A stretch of 63,835 nt of DNA, counting the filler, from Reclinomonas americana ATCC 50394 (lineage: Eukaryota), in assembly GCA_048213135.1 (NCBI GenBank). It is 12 parts of 12 records of this genome, joined end to end, with 100 filler letters (N's around TTAATTAATTAA, not from the genome) between each part and the next. Parts side by side here need not be neighbours in the genome. Positions count along the whole stretch, not along the records: positions 20,975 to 34,218 come from AFZH01016967.1; positions 34,319 to 36,628 come from AFZH01016968.1; positions 36,729 to 38,455 come from AFZH01016969.1; positions 38,556 to 40,220 come from AFZH01016970.1; 8 more parts are not named here. One strand, given 5' to 3'. A program made the position numbers and the translations under genes. Shown here one piece after another: positions 23,401-39,531 of the stretch. Every line of letters begins with the position of its first letter. The stretch's first letter is position 1. The notes under the pieces were generated by a model. It was not told where the DNA came from and did no database searches. It worked only from the letters and a program-made list of their open reading frames with translations.

Positions 23401-25029
23401 TACATGCCGCGACGGCTGGCTCGCGAGGCCTGCTGCTCGGTGGCCGGCTGTCGCTGCTTTTGCCGTCGCGAGGATCTTGATCGCGTCGTCTCTGCCTCCA
23501 CGGCGCTGGCGGCGGCCGCCAGCAGCGTGCCAATAAGGGGCGTGGCGGTGGAGGCGCGGGATCGTGCGCGTCTCGCGCTGTAGTCACCGTCGTCGGCGTC
23601 GTCTTCATCTTCTTGCTCATCGATGTCGTCGTCGTCGCCGAGCAGCTCGTCGTCAAAGTCGTCGAAATCGGAGTCGTCGCCGCTGAGGGGTTCGTCGTCG
23701 CCGTCGGAGAGGTCGGCGTCGTGGCGGGTGGTGTGGAGCTGTGTGGATGGGAGAAGGGGGAGATTGGGGAGGAGAAGGATGAGGGTGACGGGAAGGAGGG
23801 AGAGGGGGAGAAGACAAGAAGGAGGGAGAAGGATGAAGAGACGGAGAAACAGAGGGAGAGAGAACGAGAGGGGAACGCGGGAAACGGGCAAAAGAAGAGA
23901 TGGGGTGCAGGGAGAGAGTGGAAAAGGGCAAGACAAACTGAGAAGGGCACAAAAGCCTCCTTGAACTGAATGAATGCAGCACCAAAACACGACATGAATG
24001 AACACAAAATCCGCGCGAAGAGACAAAGAAAGACATAAGAGAGAAGACAGAGAGCGCTGAGCACAGAGTGAGGAAGAAGAGCGCACAGAGACAGGACAGA
24101 GAAGGGCCAAAAGCCTCCCTGACTTGCATAAATGCAAACACGACAAGAATGAGCACAAAATCCGCGCAAAGAGACAGAGAAAGACATGAGAGAGAAGACG
24201 GAGAGTGTTGCACACAGAGTGAGGGAGAAGAGTGCAAAGAGAGAGAGAGAGAGTCAGAGAAGGACACAAAAGCATCCTTATGAAAGCAACACCAAAACAC
24301 GACAAGAATGAGCACAAAATCCGCGCAAAGAGACAGAGAAAGACATGAGAGAGAAGACGGAGAGTGTTGCACACAGAGTGAGGGAGAAGAGTGCACAGAG
24401 AGAGGGTCAGAAGGGCACGAAAGCCTCCGAAACTTGCATGAAAGCAACAACAAACCCGACAAGAATGGACACGAAATCGCGCGAAGAGAGACACAAGAGA
24501 GAAGACAGAGAGTATTGAGCACCGAGTAGGGAGAAGAGTGCACAGAGAGAGAGAGTCAGAGAAGGACACAGAAGCCTCCTTGTGAAAGCAAGACCAAAAC
24601 ACGACAAGAATGAACACAAAATCCGCGCGAAGAGAGACATAAGAGAGAAGATAGAGAGTGTTGAGCACCAAGTAGGGAGAGAGAGAGCGAGACAGACATG
24701 CAAGTCCGCTTGAACAAAGCCGCATGAAAGCAACACCAAAACACTAGTAAATCAACATGCAAATCGAGAGGATCACAACGAAGCATTCTCTCTCTCTCTC
24801 GCATACACGCACACTCTTCTCTCTCTCTCTCTCTATCACACTCTCACACAGACACACAGCACAACACAACGCACAAACAAGAATCAATGCGCGCCAGAGT
24901 CCTGACAGAATGATGTCACTGCTCTCTTTCTCTCTCTCTCACTCACTCTTTCTCTCTCACACACACACTCTCTCTCTCTCTCTGTGCGCGCGTGTGTGTC
25001 TCTCACGCAACATTATGAGAGGCAGGCAT
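20426..25029 (-). CDS. Hypothetical low-complexity (acidic, Ser/Pro/Ala-rich) protein, about 6 exons
   Basis: GC-rich exons joined in frame by GT-AG introns: MPASHN|LHTTRHDADLSDGDDEP...EQMAA|AAAQVI...WGEA|SGRRSPV...PRPPV|VRPVV...|GVAPKR...PQKRARLHDELDGFVTR*. The start exon is tentative. Confidence 0.6.
23980..24750. repeat. Intronic degenerate tandem repeat, about 5 copies of ~130-170 nt
   Basis: Recurring acacgacaagaatgagcacaaaatccgcgcaaagagacagagaaagacatgagagagaagac. Confidence 0.85.
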
Positions 25030-25285
25030 CACTGCATCATCGTAAATGCTTCGTCGCGGAACACTCGCCATCTCACTCTCACAGAGAGGCACACAAAGAG
25101 CAAAGCAGTCTCTCTCTCTGTGTTGCACCACACACTGTGAGAGAGAGAGAGTGAGTGATCGGGAATCACACGCCATGTCACACACACTCACACAGTGAAT
25201 CTTACCTTTGTCGCGCTGTGTTGCTTTTCACTTGTTGTTTGCCTTCTGTGCGCGCGCTCTCTCGTGTGTGCGTGTGTGTTGCACT

Positions 25286-25297
25286 TTTCGCGCCAAA
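25286..25297. promoter_or_regulatory. Overlapping E2F-type site TTTCGCGCCAAA upstream of the 25029 gene
   Basis: Exact match to the double E2F element known from vertebrate DHFR promoters. The motif is short and untested here. Confidence 0.3.
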
Positions 25298-25399
25298 TGC
25301 TTTGCTGACCAAATTTGGCAATTTGCAAGTGTCGACGTTGAATGGGAGATTCTGCGTTGTGTTGTAGGCCGTGGGTTGCGTGCTCTCGTGTAGTGTGTT

Positions 25400-26330
25400 A
25401 TCCGAGGCGGTGTTTGTGTCGCTGCAGCTGCGTTGCTGCGACCAGGAAGCGATGTCCTGCATCGTGTCCGCTCTTTTCTCTTCCTTTCTCAGAGGCTGCT
25501 GAGCTGTCTCGACCTCGCACTACCACAGTCGAACATGGAGAATGCGATGTGCGTCGTCGCTTGCCTTGTACCTGCTTCACTGCGACCAGTACGCGATGTC
25601 CTGTGCAGTGTCAGCTCCGTTTTTTGGCTTTCTCAGTGTCTCCTGAGCTGTCTCGACCTCACACTACCACAGCCGTAGATGGAGAATGCGATGTGCGTCG
25701 TCGCTTGCCTTGCACCTGCTTCACTGCGACCAGGACGCGATGTCCTGTGCAGTGTCAGCTCCGTTTTTTGGCTTTCTCAGTGTCTCCTGAGCTGTCTCGA
25801 CCTCGGACCACCTTCAATGATCATAGAAGATACCATGTGCATCGTCAGCTGCTTTGCAGCTGCGTTACTACGATCAGGAAGCGATGTCCCGCGCAGTGTC
25901 AGATCCGTTATCGGCTTTCTCTGTGTCTCCTGAGCTGTCTCGACCTCTGGCCACCTCTGCTGATCATAGAGAATATCATCTGCATCATCGCTTGCTCTGC
26001 TGCTGCACTGCTGCGACCAAGAGGCATGTCCGGATCCTGCATCTTGTCCGCTCTTTCCACTTCTTTTCCCTGCAGCTGTTGCGCTGCCTCTGCCTCAGAC
26101 CACCTCTGTTGAGCACTGAGAAAGCTATCTGCATCGTTGCCTGCGTTGTAGCTGTTTTGTTGCAACCAGTACGTGATGTCCTGCGAAGCGTCAGCTCTGT
26201 TTCTGGCGTTCTCTGAGCTTCGTGAGCTGCCTCTGCCTCAGACTACCTCTGTTGAGCATAGAGGATATTATCTGCATCGTCGCCTGCGTTGCAGCTGCTT
26301 TGGTGCGATGAGGAAGCGACGTTCTGTATC
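25400..26330. repeat. ~144-nt tandem repeat, 6-7 diverging copies
   Basis: Anchor gagctgtctcgacct at 25501, 25645, 25789 and 25932; degenerate anchors at 26081 and 26224. Confidence 0.9.
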
Positions 26331-26529
26331 TCGTCCGCCCAATTTTCCGATTTTCTCTCTTGCTCTTGAGCATTCATTCGTTCTTCTCCAAACCATCACC
26401 CTCTTGCGTTGCACCTTCGTCCCTTGTGAGCAATCTGCTCAAGGGCATCGCATACTTTGAGCGCTCCCTCTCTCTCCCTCCCTCTCAATCACCCTCCCTC
26501 TCTCCCTCCCCCTTCTCCCCCTTTCCCCC

Positions 26530-27594
26530 ATGACCTCCCCTCCCGCCTTTCCCATCCTGCTGCCCACCACCTGCATCCGCACGCACCGCTCCCAAGTATG
26601 GGCCGTGGCCTTTTCCCGCGACAACCGCCACCTCATCAGCGGCAGCCACGACACCACCGCCCGCATGTGGTCCCTCCCCAGTGGCCGCGAGGTGCTCCGC
26701 CTGGAGGGACACACCGCATCCGTGCGAGCCCTCGCTGTTGTCCCTTCCACTAATGAGGAAGAGGAAGAGCTGGTGGTCACAGGCAGCGCCGACCACACTG
26801 TGCGCGTGTGGTCACTGTCCACGGGCGCAGAGGTGCGGCGACTGCAGGGCGCGCACGCGAGCTACGTGCTGAGCGTGGCAGTGTCGCCTGACGCGCGACT
26901 GGTGGTCAGTGGCGACAGTGATGGATTGGTGGTGGTGTGGTCGCTGGCTAGTGGTGACGAGGTGCGGCGATGGAGTGGCGACGGTTGCGCAGTGTACGCG
27001 CTGGCTGTCACTGCTGATAGCGAGCGTGTGGTCTGTGGAGGCGTGCTGCGCGTGTGCTCGCTGGCGACGGGCGAGGAGGTGTGGCGAGAGGCGTCGTGGG
27101 TGACGAGTGTGGCACTGCTCGGCGATGCAGTGGTGGTGACTGGTGGCATAGACAAGATCGTGCGCGTGTCGTCGCGCGAGTTTCGCGGGCATGCCAGTTG
27201 CGTTCGTGCAGTGGCGGTGACGCCGAGTGGACGGCATGTGGTGAGCGGCAGCAACGATGGCACGGTGCGGGTGTGGTCAATGGCGAGTGGGGAGCAGGTG
27301 CAGCGGTTGACGGGGAACGAGGATATGGTGTTGGCGGTGGCGGTGTCGCGTGACGGGCAGCACGTGGCGAGTGGGGGCGAGGATGCGTCGGTGCGAGTGT
27401 GGTCGACGCCGTGTGGGCTGGCGCGGGAGGAGGTGCGGTGTGCGGAGGAGGTGGTGGAGGTGGTGCGGGGGATGATGGAGATGATGATGGGGGAGGAGAG
27501 GAGGTGTTTGGTGGAGATGGTGATGAGGTGTTTTGTGGTGGAGGAGGCGAGGGTGGTGGTGTGGGGGTGTGTGGAGCGGGGGGAGTGTTTGTAG
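26530..27594 (+). CDS. Intronless WD40-repeat protein (354 aa), paralog of 12879-13946
   Basis: Repeats LEGHTASVRALAV..TGSADHTVRVW and FRGHASCVRAVAVTPSGRHVVSGSNDGTVRVW; shared tail CLVEMVMRCFVVEEARVVVWG. Confidence 0.9.
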   Translation: MTSPPAFPILLPTTCIRTHRSQVWAVAFSRDNRHLISGSHDTTARMWSLPSGREVLRLEGHTASVRALAVVPSTNEEEEELVVTGSADHTVRVWSLSTGAEVRRLQGAHASYVLSVAVSPDARLVVSGDSDGLVVVWSLASGDEVRRWSGDGCAVYALAVTADSERVVCGGVLRVCSLATGEEVWREASWVTSVALLGDAVVVTGGIDKIVRVSSREFRGHASCVRAVAVTPSGRHVVSGSNDGTVRVWSMASGEQVQRLTGNEDMVLAVAVSRDGQHVASGGEDASVRVWSTPCGLAREEVRCAEEVVEVVRGMMEMMMGEERRCLVEMVMRCFVVEEARVVVWGCVERGECL

Positions 27595-27622
27595 AGTGCT
27601 GAGCTCCCGAGACTTTGCGCTG

Positions 27623-27830
27623 GTCTCGACGCTCGGCAGGGCATGCTGAATTCCCTGTATTCGTTGCGACGCGATGTTACCCACTTCTGTCGAGGTGGGA
27701 TGCAGGAGGCTGAGCCTTCAAGACTTTGCACAGGTCGATTGTTGTTGCTGTTGTCTCGACGCGCAGCAGGGCATGCTGAATTCCCTGCATTCGTTGCAAG
27801 GCAGTGAGCGACGCGGTGTTTATCACTTCT
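27623..27830. repeat. Direct repeat of ~70 nt, two copies, downstream of the WD40 gene
   Basis: gtctcgacgc..gcagggcatgctgaattccctg.attcgttgc at ~27623 and ~27753. Confidence 0.75.
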
Positions 27831-28161
27831 GCTTATGGGCATGCCATGGCCGGGGAGAACTGCCCTTCGCTTGGTTGACAACTGCAACAGCAACAGCAGC
27901 ACCGAACAGCCAACCAGATTCAGAGCGCGACAAGACATGGTTGGGAACAGAAGAAGTTCAAAGTGGCGGATTTCCTCGTTGAGTGAATGGGCGATGCTGG
28001 GAAGTGTGATTTCTGAGAAGAAGCCGAACGAGAGAAATCAACGTCGCATGTCCAAACAGGACCCAGCGTTCGAATTCAGTCAGAAAAACAACAACGAGAG
28101 AGCAAGCGAGGCAGCACGAGTGTGAGGGAGAGAAGGAGAGAGACAGAGCACTGCAATCAGC

Positions 28162-29685
28162 ATGAGCGCGCGCTTCATCGCCACTCAATCACGCATCTCT
28201 CACAAAGAGACAGACAGCGACGAGGCCTCCTCACTGACCAGCACCGCCAGCTCAGTCAGCGACGACGATGAAGACGACTACTACGAAGACGAAGAAGAAG
28301 AAGACAATGAGAGGAGACGAGCGGACGAGGACGAAGACGACGATGAGGAAACATGGGCCGCAGTGACCCCGACGTTGACGTCGCCAGGCAATGCGGTGAG
28401 GAGAGAGAGACACACAGAGATAAGAGAGAAGAGAAGAGTGCGAGTGAGAGAGAAAACTGATGCATTGAGAGTAACACACACACTCTCTCTCACACTGTTT
28501 CACTCAGTTATGCACTCACTCCCTCTCTGTTGCACTCACTGCTCTCACTTATTTGCTTGTTACTCACTCTAACTCGCACATTCACTCTCTCTCTCTCTCT
28601 CTCTAACTCACTCTCTCTCTCTCTCTCTCGCCTTCCTCTTTGCCACTCACTCTTCTCACACTCTTCCCTCTCTCACACACACTCTCTCTGTGTGTGTGTG
28701 TCTCTCTTTCTTTGTGTCATTTTTCACGTGTGATTCCTTCATTGTTGTTGACCAATTATTTCTTCTCGCAGTGACACCAATCGTGAGCGCACATTGGTGA
28801 CTTGGTCGTGTCGTTTTATTTCTTGGATGAGTCTGAATGTCCACTTTCTCTTCTGTGTTTCATTGTGCGACAGTGTTGCTTTATGTGTGTCTCTCTCTGT
28901 GTTTTGTTAGTGTCTTTGCGCGCGCGTGGGTGTTCGACAGGTCATTCAATACTCCTGTCTATATTCTCTCTCTTCCACCCTCTGCCTCTCCTCCCTCTCT
29001 TCCCTCTTTGTGCACGTTTTGTCGTTTCTTCAGTCGCCCGCTTGATCCCCACCTTCTCCGCATCCCTTCTCTGCTCTTCGTGTCCATTTCCTGCCCTCCA
29101 ACACTCCTTGTCTATCTCCCCTTCTTGCTCCCTTCCTTCTCCTCATTCCCTTCCCCTTCTTGCTCCCTTCTCCTCCTCCTCCCCCCACAGGGCCGCAAGC
29201 GCCACCGCTCCCCCAACAAGTGGCTCTGGGAGCGCCACCAACGCCGCCGACTGCAAAAGAAGGCCGCCGCCGCCGCCGCCGACACCATCATCGCCGATGC
29301 CGCACCACGCATCAACCCACCGCCACTGCCACTCCCTCCCGTTGCCGCCGCCGCCCCGCCCATGTCGCGCGTGCCCGCGTTCAACTTGAAGACGCCCGAT
29401 CAGTGGCTGCATGGTGCGCCTGCGTTGCTTTCCAAGTGTTTCGCCAGTCGCTCACCCCTCTCCTTCCTCAGATCTGTGCTCCCACCCGCTTCTCACGCGC
29501 TGCGCGTTTCGCGTGAATGCCCTCGGCTATGTGGCGGTGTGTATTCTGCGATGAGAGGCGTGTTAGTGAGAACAATGAGAGAGGGAGAGTGAGATCAAGG
29601 GAGGAAGAAGAAGAGTATGACAGGTGTCGCCTAAATCACATTGATTGATTGAATGCATGAGCGTGGGTGCGAGGGAGAGGAGAGG

Positions 29686-29732
<47 letters not shown>

Positions 29733-30462
29733 CTTTTCTGTGAGTCAGTCAGTCAGTCTGTCACACAAATGCACGTCGAGTTGCTGACTCTTCCCATTGC
29801 GACAGCCAATTGTTCCGCCGGAGCGGCTGGTGCCGGAGCTGGCTCAGATGGAGAAGCCGCAACAATCAACGAAGCGGCTGCAGGCGTTGCTCAGCGTGCG
29901 TTCTCCAAATGGGAATACTGTCATCCCTCTCACCCCTCACCGTTCCCCCCCTCAATCCCCACAGGTCGGCAGCATCCCCCGCGGCCACGTCCCCGCTCCC
30001 AGACGTCTCCGCTCCTTTTCACACATTTCCGTGGGAGTGCGTTCATTTACTTACCTTTTCCTTTCTGCCCCTCTCCTCACTCTTCTGCCTCTCAGATCGC
30101 ACCCCCACAACCGCACCATGTGCGCCACTCGGCGACCTTTCACTACTACCGCGAGAGGCGAATCACCTTCTCCCTCGTGAACCCGGGAAGGTGAGACCCA
30201 GTGCTTGCGGCGGCGCTCTTACCTGTCCTCATAAATGACCGCCCCTCCGCAGCCAAACAATCCCACTCCCGCAACCGCCAGGGTTCAGCGAGCCGCCGCT
30301 GTTTGCGATTCCGAAAGGTGTGGAAGGAGAGTGTTTGTTGCCGGCCCATTCTTTTTTGTCTCTTCTTTCTGTCACTCCGCTCGTTGTATCCGTATTCGTA
30401 TCCGTTCCCTCGCGTCGCTCGTACCAGACCCGCTTGCGCAGAATGCTCTCCTGTTTCCCCGC

Positions 30463-30493
<31 letters not shown>

Positions 30494-31601
30494 CTCTCTC
30501 TCCGCTTCACTAACTCGCTCACTACCTTGTCTCTCTTGGTCTCTCTCTCTCACTTTCTTTTTCGGTCCCTCTCTTCCCTGCCGTTCCTCATCTCTCTGCG
30601 CTCCTCATCTTCTTCTCTCACTCTCTCTCTTTCTTTCTTTCTCTCCCCGTTTCCCACAAACTCGCTCACCACCTTGTCTCTCTTGGTCTCTCTCTCACTT
30701 TCTTTTTCGGTCCCTCTCTTCCCTGCCATTCCTCATCTCTCTGTGCTCCTCAACTTCTTCTTCTTCTCTCTCTCTCGCTCACTCACTCAGTCGCCTTGTC
30801 TCTCTCCGTCTCTTCCTTTCTTCCCCTGTCGCTCTCTTGTACGCTTTGTGTCCCTCGCCTCTTCTCTTCACTCTCACACTCTCACACATTTCTTGTTCTT
30901 TCCCATGATCTCTCTCAATTTCTCTTCCTTCCTTCCTTGCATTCTTTTCTTCTCAGTCCCTTTCTCCACGTTCTTTCTGCCTCTTCGACTGCGCTCATCG
31001 CTTTGTTTCTCTTTCTGTCCTGTTCACGGAGAAGCTAACGGGTACAAGGTTGGGGAGAGGGGAAGTTTCGCATTTTCCTTCAGCTCTTGCGCCTTTCTCA
31101 TTCTGCATCACTTGTTGCAAGTTGTTCCTTTCTTGCATCAGTCATCTCGCTCCCTTTGCCCCTTCTAACCCTTTCCCATCAGGCCCCCCCACCCCCTCCA
31201 CCACCCCCATCGACCTCCCCCGCAACCTCCACCCCCTCCCCCCCGACGCGCGCCTCTCCGACACCAGCCGTTCCCTCGCCTTTGACCCCTTCACCCCACC
31301 CGCCCTAATCCCGCACCTCCGCCACTCCTCCTCCTCAGCAGCAGCGCAGGCACTCTCCCCACCACCTCCTCCACCACCACCAGCAGCAGCACCTGCCGGC
31401 GCCTCCTCCTCCTCTTCCTCCTCGTCAACAGTGACGCTGACTCGCGTCTTCCCACCCTTCATGGCCGGCAGCATTCGCTTCCGCGCCTCCCGACACCGCC
31501 ACGACGCAGCCGGGGACGACGAAGACGACGGAATGGGCAGTGTTGTGCTGGCACCACTGCGCGCACCGGCGTCGCGCAAGATGCAGCCGGTGCGGAGATG
31601 A
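28162..31601 (+). CDS. Hypothetical acidic/Pro-rich protein, multi-exon
   Basis: MSARFIATQ..acidic tract..PGNA|GRKRHRSPNKWLWERHQRRRLQKK... with further GC-rich exons ending KMQPVRR*. Internal junctions are partly uncertain. Confidence 0.55.
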
Positions 31602-33235
31602 CGAGAAAAAGAGAGTGGAGAGGAAAATGGGAAAGGGCAAATCAAAATGACTAAATGAGCACAATTGGATGGTCTCTCTTACAGGGTGCAGTCCATCTCC
31701 CGCTTAGAGTTCAGCGAGAGCAGGTACGCATGTGAAATGACCTTGGCAAGAGAAAAAGAAGGGAAACCGGTCGAAACACTGGGAATGAATATTCGCGCCT
31801 GCTTCTCCTACCCGCTGCTTCTGCGGTGCAAGAGACCCTTCTTTTATGAAGCGTCCATCGTAAGCAGAGGCTCACCGTGCACTGAGAGAACATCAACAAG
31901 CAGAAGATAGACGGCTGGAAATGAACTTCGTCGGCAAGGGATTTGTGGACATTTGTCGCATTATTGGAATGTGGTGAATGAAGTGTTTTGTTGCAAGATA
32001 CCGCCATCGATATCGATGCAGCTGCATGAAAGCAGACCGCGTTCCCTTCCTCCAGCACCCGATATTCCGCGTGTATTCATAGCTCTTCTTACCCGGGTGC
32101 GCAGATGAACCGACCTCGAAAAAGCGAGCTCGAGAAAAAAAGGAAAAACAGAATACAGGAAGTTGAATATTGGCGCCGTCTGCAGTTCGCGTTTCTCTTC
32201 TGTAAACGAGATTCTTTATTTCATGTCATTGTTGGCATACATCTGCATACTTGCAGCGTGAGCGGTGCTGGCAAAACATGACTAAATGCGGAAAATTGGA
32301 TTGTCATGTTCGGAGTTGCTGTTCCGCAGTCAAAACAAATGTGAGTGAGAGAGTGTGTGTGTGTGTGAGAGAGAGAGAGAAAGAGTGTGTGTGAGAGAGA
32401 GAGTGAAGAGTTGTGCAGTGCAGTTTGTGTTTCTTTCATTTGAGACACACGCAGTCATTTGCGTTATTCGCGCTCATTGTGTGTGTGAGAGGGAGGAGAG
32501 AGAGAGAGAGAGAGCGTGTGTGTTGCCTCTGTGTGTGTGACAGAGAGAGTGACGAGTTGAGACAGAAAGCGCATTTTTTCTGCAGTTCCTGTATTCAGTT
32601 ATTCCGCCCCTCTCTCCCACTCTCTTCTCACTCTCTCACTCTCTCACACACGCAGACACACACAGAGACTCAAGCACTCATTGTACAGTCGCTCACGCAT
32701 TGCAGTCAAACGAACTCCTCTTCCTGTCCGCCCCTCTCTCACTCGTTCTCCCTTGCTCTCTTTGTTGCCCTTCCTCGCCTGCCTCCTCACTTGCTCACCT
32801 CTTCCCTTGTCTCTCTCTCTCTCTCTCTTCTCTCATCTCTTGCTTGTCTTCCTTCGCCTTCTCTCAGCCCTCTTGTCTTCTCACTCTCCCAGCCACGACA
32901 CCCCTCTTCTTACTATTTTCCCTTGTACCCCTTTTCTGTCGCCCATCTTCTCTTGTGCCCTCTTCTCTTGCCTCCTCAGTTGCTCACTTCTTCTCCCCCG
33001 TCCTCCCTTCTCCTCACCCCCCTTCTCCTCACTCTCCCAGCCACCGTCTTTTACTATTTTCCCTCTTGCTCTCTTTGTCGCCCATCTTCTCTTGTTCCCT
33101 CTTCTCTACTCTCCCTTGCCTCCTCAGTTGCTCAATTCTTCTCCCCCGTCCTCCCTTCTCCTCTTTCCCTTCTCCTCTTTCCCCTTCTTTCTTCTCCTCA
33201 TCCCCTTTCCCCCCTTTCTCCTCACTCTCCCAGCC

Positions 33236-37366
<4,131 letters not shown>

Positions 37367-38807
37367 TTGGGAGCGGAAAAAATGAGAGAGAGGGAGAGAG
37401 GGAGAGAGAGGTGAAGTGTGCTCATGTGTGTGTGTGATGCAGTCTGGGAAGAAACCCGATCACATCTCCTTCACCGAGTATCTCTTCGACAATGCCGGTC
37501 GCGAGTCCCTTGTGTGAGTAGTGGGACGGGGAGGATGGGAGAGAGGGAAAAGGAGAGGCTCGGGAAAAAATCCTCCTCGCTATCTTCTTCTCCTCCTGAG
37601 TGCTTGTACGCTGATTCCGCCTCACATCTCCTCCCTCATGTGCACAAGCTTCACTTGTCGTCTTGGAGCTCTCTTTCTATCTCGCCCGTTTTCCTTCGTT
37701 CTCCTTCCTCTCGACTTCTCTCTTCTTCGTTCTTCATTCATTCCCCACACACCTATCTCCTTCTGTCTCCTTCATTGTGCCTTCCCCCCCTTCAGCCTTT
37801 CTCCTTCATCGTCTCCTCTCCATTGCACTTGTCAAGCTCTCCCTTTCCTTGCTGTCTTCTGTTCCCCTTCTTTCCTTCTACCTTGTCCTTTCTTCTGCCA
37901 CCTTTCACTTCATGTTGCGCCGTTCTCTCTCAGTCCTTCTTGTCTCCTCAGTAACCATTCCCCATACGCGCACCACTTACCTTCCTTTGCACCTCTCAGG
38001 CTCTCCTTTGTGACCTTCGTTGATCTCTCTGTCCACTCTTTCACTATTCTCCACCTTTTGAATTCCTTATATCTTCTCAGTTCTCGCTGTTCATTCTCCT
38101 CGCTCTTTTCTCTGCGCCATTCCGATTGCTATTTTCCCCTGCATTCAAACTATTTCGCATGCCTTTCCTTCCTCTTCTCCTTCCCTCCTTCTTCGTTTCT
38201 TTCTTTTCCCTCCTCCTTCCCCGTTTCTCACTCTTCCAGTCCCTGTCTTCCCTTCTCCGTTTCTCCTTCTTTCCCTCCCCCTTCCCCTTTACTCACTCTT
38301 CCAATCCTCTGTCTTCCCTTCTCCCGCTCTCGTCTCCCTTCTCTCTCCTTCCTCCTCACTCGCCCCCTTCCCACCCTTCCCCTTCCCTTCCACTTCCCCC
38401 TCTCCCTTCCCCCTTCCCCTTTTACCCCTTCTCCCCTTCCCCCCTTCCCCCCTTCNNNNNNNNNNNNNNNNNNNNNNNNNNNNNNNNNNNNNNNNNNNNT
38501 TAATTAATTAANNNNNNNNNNNNNNNNNNNNNNNNNNNNNNNNNNNNNNNNNNNNCGTCAATCACAGATTAGAAGAGAATATTAATCCTACACACCTCAA
38601 GAAAGTGGCGTATTTCGTGTCACTGTCAGGTGTCGTGTTTCGTTGATATTTTGGATCCGGATACGACTCGGTTGGAAAAAACAAAACACTTCATTCACCA
38701 CATTCCAATAATGCGTAAACGCCCACAGACTTGGTCATCAAGACGGCTGTTGCTTGTACATGTTTAAATTTGCTGGTGAATGAATTTGTTGTACATGTTG
38801 TTTAATA

Positions 38808-39193
38808 ACAACAACAACAACAACAACTTCACTAATCCAAACAGGAACACAGCTGCATGATGATCACTATCTTGCGACCTTGATCCTTGACACCTTCGAG
38901 TTCCTGAACGAAAATTTATACTGTAAGTATTTGCACGGTTGCCTGGCTTTGGTGGGTTTTCCTTTGTGTTCTGACACCAACACCTCTTGCTATCTTACTC
39001 GTTTCCTTTCTGAAATTCGACGTCAAATCCATGCTTGTCACTAGCCGTGGTTTCTCTTGTATGAAACGCCAGCATTGGCCATCTCGACTTTTTCGCGCTT
39101 TTTTCCGTGATGTCTGACTGTCTGGTGCTCTCTCGAGATGGTGATCATCATGCAGCTGTGTTGCTGTTTGGATTAGTAAAGTTGTTGTTGTTG
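38808..39193. mobile_element. MITE-like fold-back element with (CAA)n-tipped inverted arms
   Basis: 38808-38878 (acaacaac..ctaatccaaacaggaacacagctgcatgatgatcac) is the reverse complement of 39135-39193. Related sequence occurs at 7857-7970 and 52952-53290. No target-site duplication identified. Confidence 0.5.
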
Positions 39194-39531
39194 ATTTTAT
39201 ACGACAACGTCGCATACAAAGCAATTTGTCGTGATCGATGAAAATCCGGCCGCCTGATTCCGCTCGTCGTCGTGGAATTCGAAACAGGACACACGCTGCG
39301 GGTAAGTGCGAGAAGAGAAGGCGCTGATTGAGGCAGGGAGAGAGGAAAGAGAGAAAGAGAGGGAGAGGAAGAGAGGGAGAGAAGATGACGCAGCGTGTGC
39401 TACGCTACGCGCTGTGATGCATGCGGTTGAACTGCTGCTTGCGTCATTGCCCTCAGGTGGCATTCACATGTGACTCTCACTTGCGCTTCTGGTTGTTTGT
39501 GTGTGCATGTCTCTTTGGCAGTGCTCGTCAG

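Noticed and set aside
25400..26330. CRISPR-like regular repeats
   Set aside because: Whole units are homologous with no unique spacers, there are no cas genes, and the context is eukaryotic.
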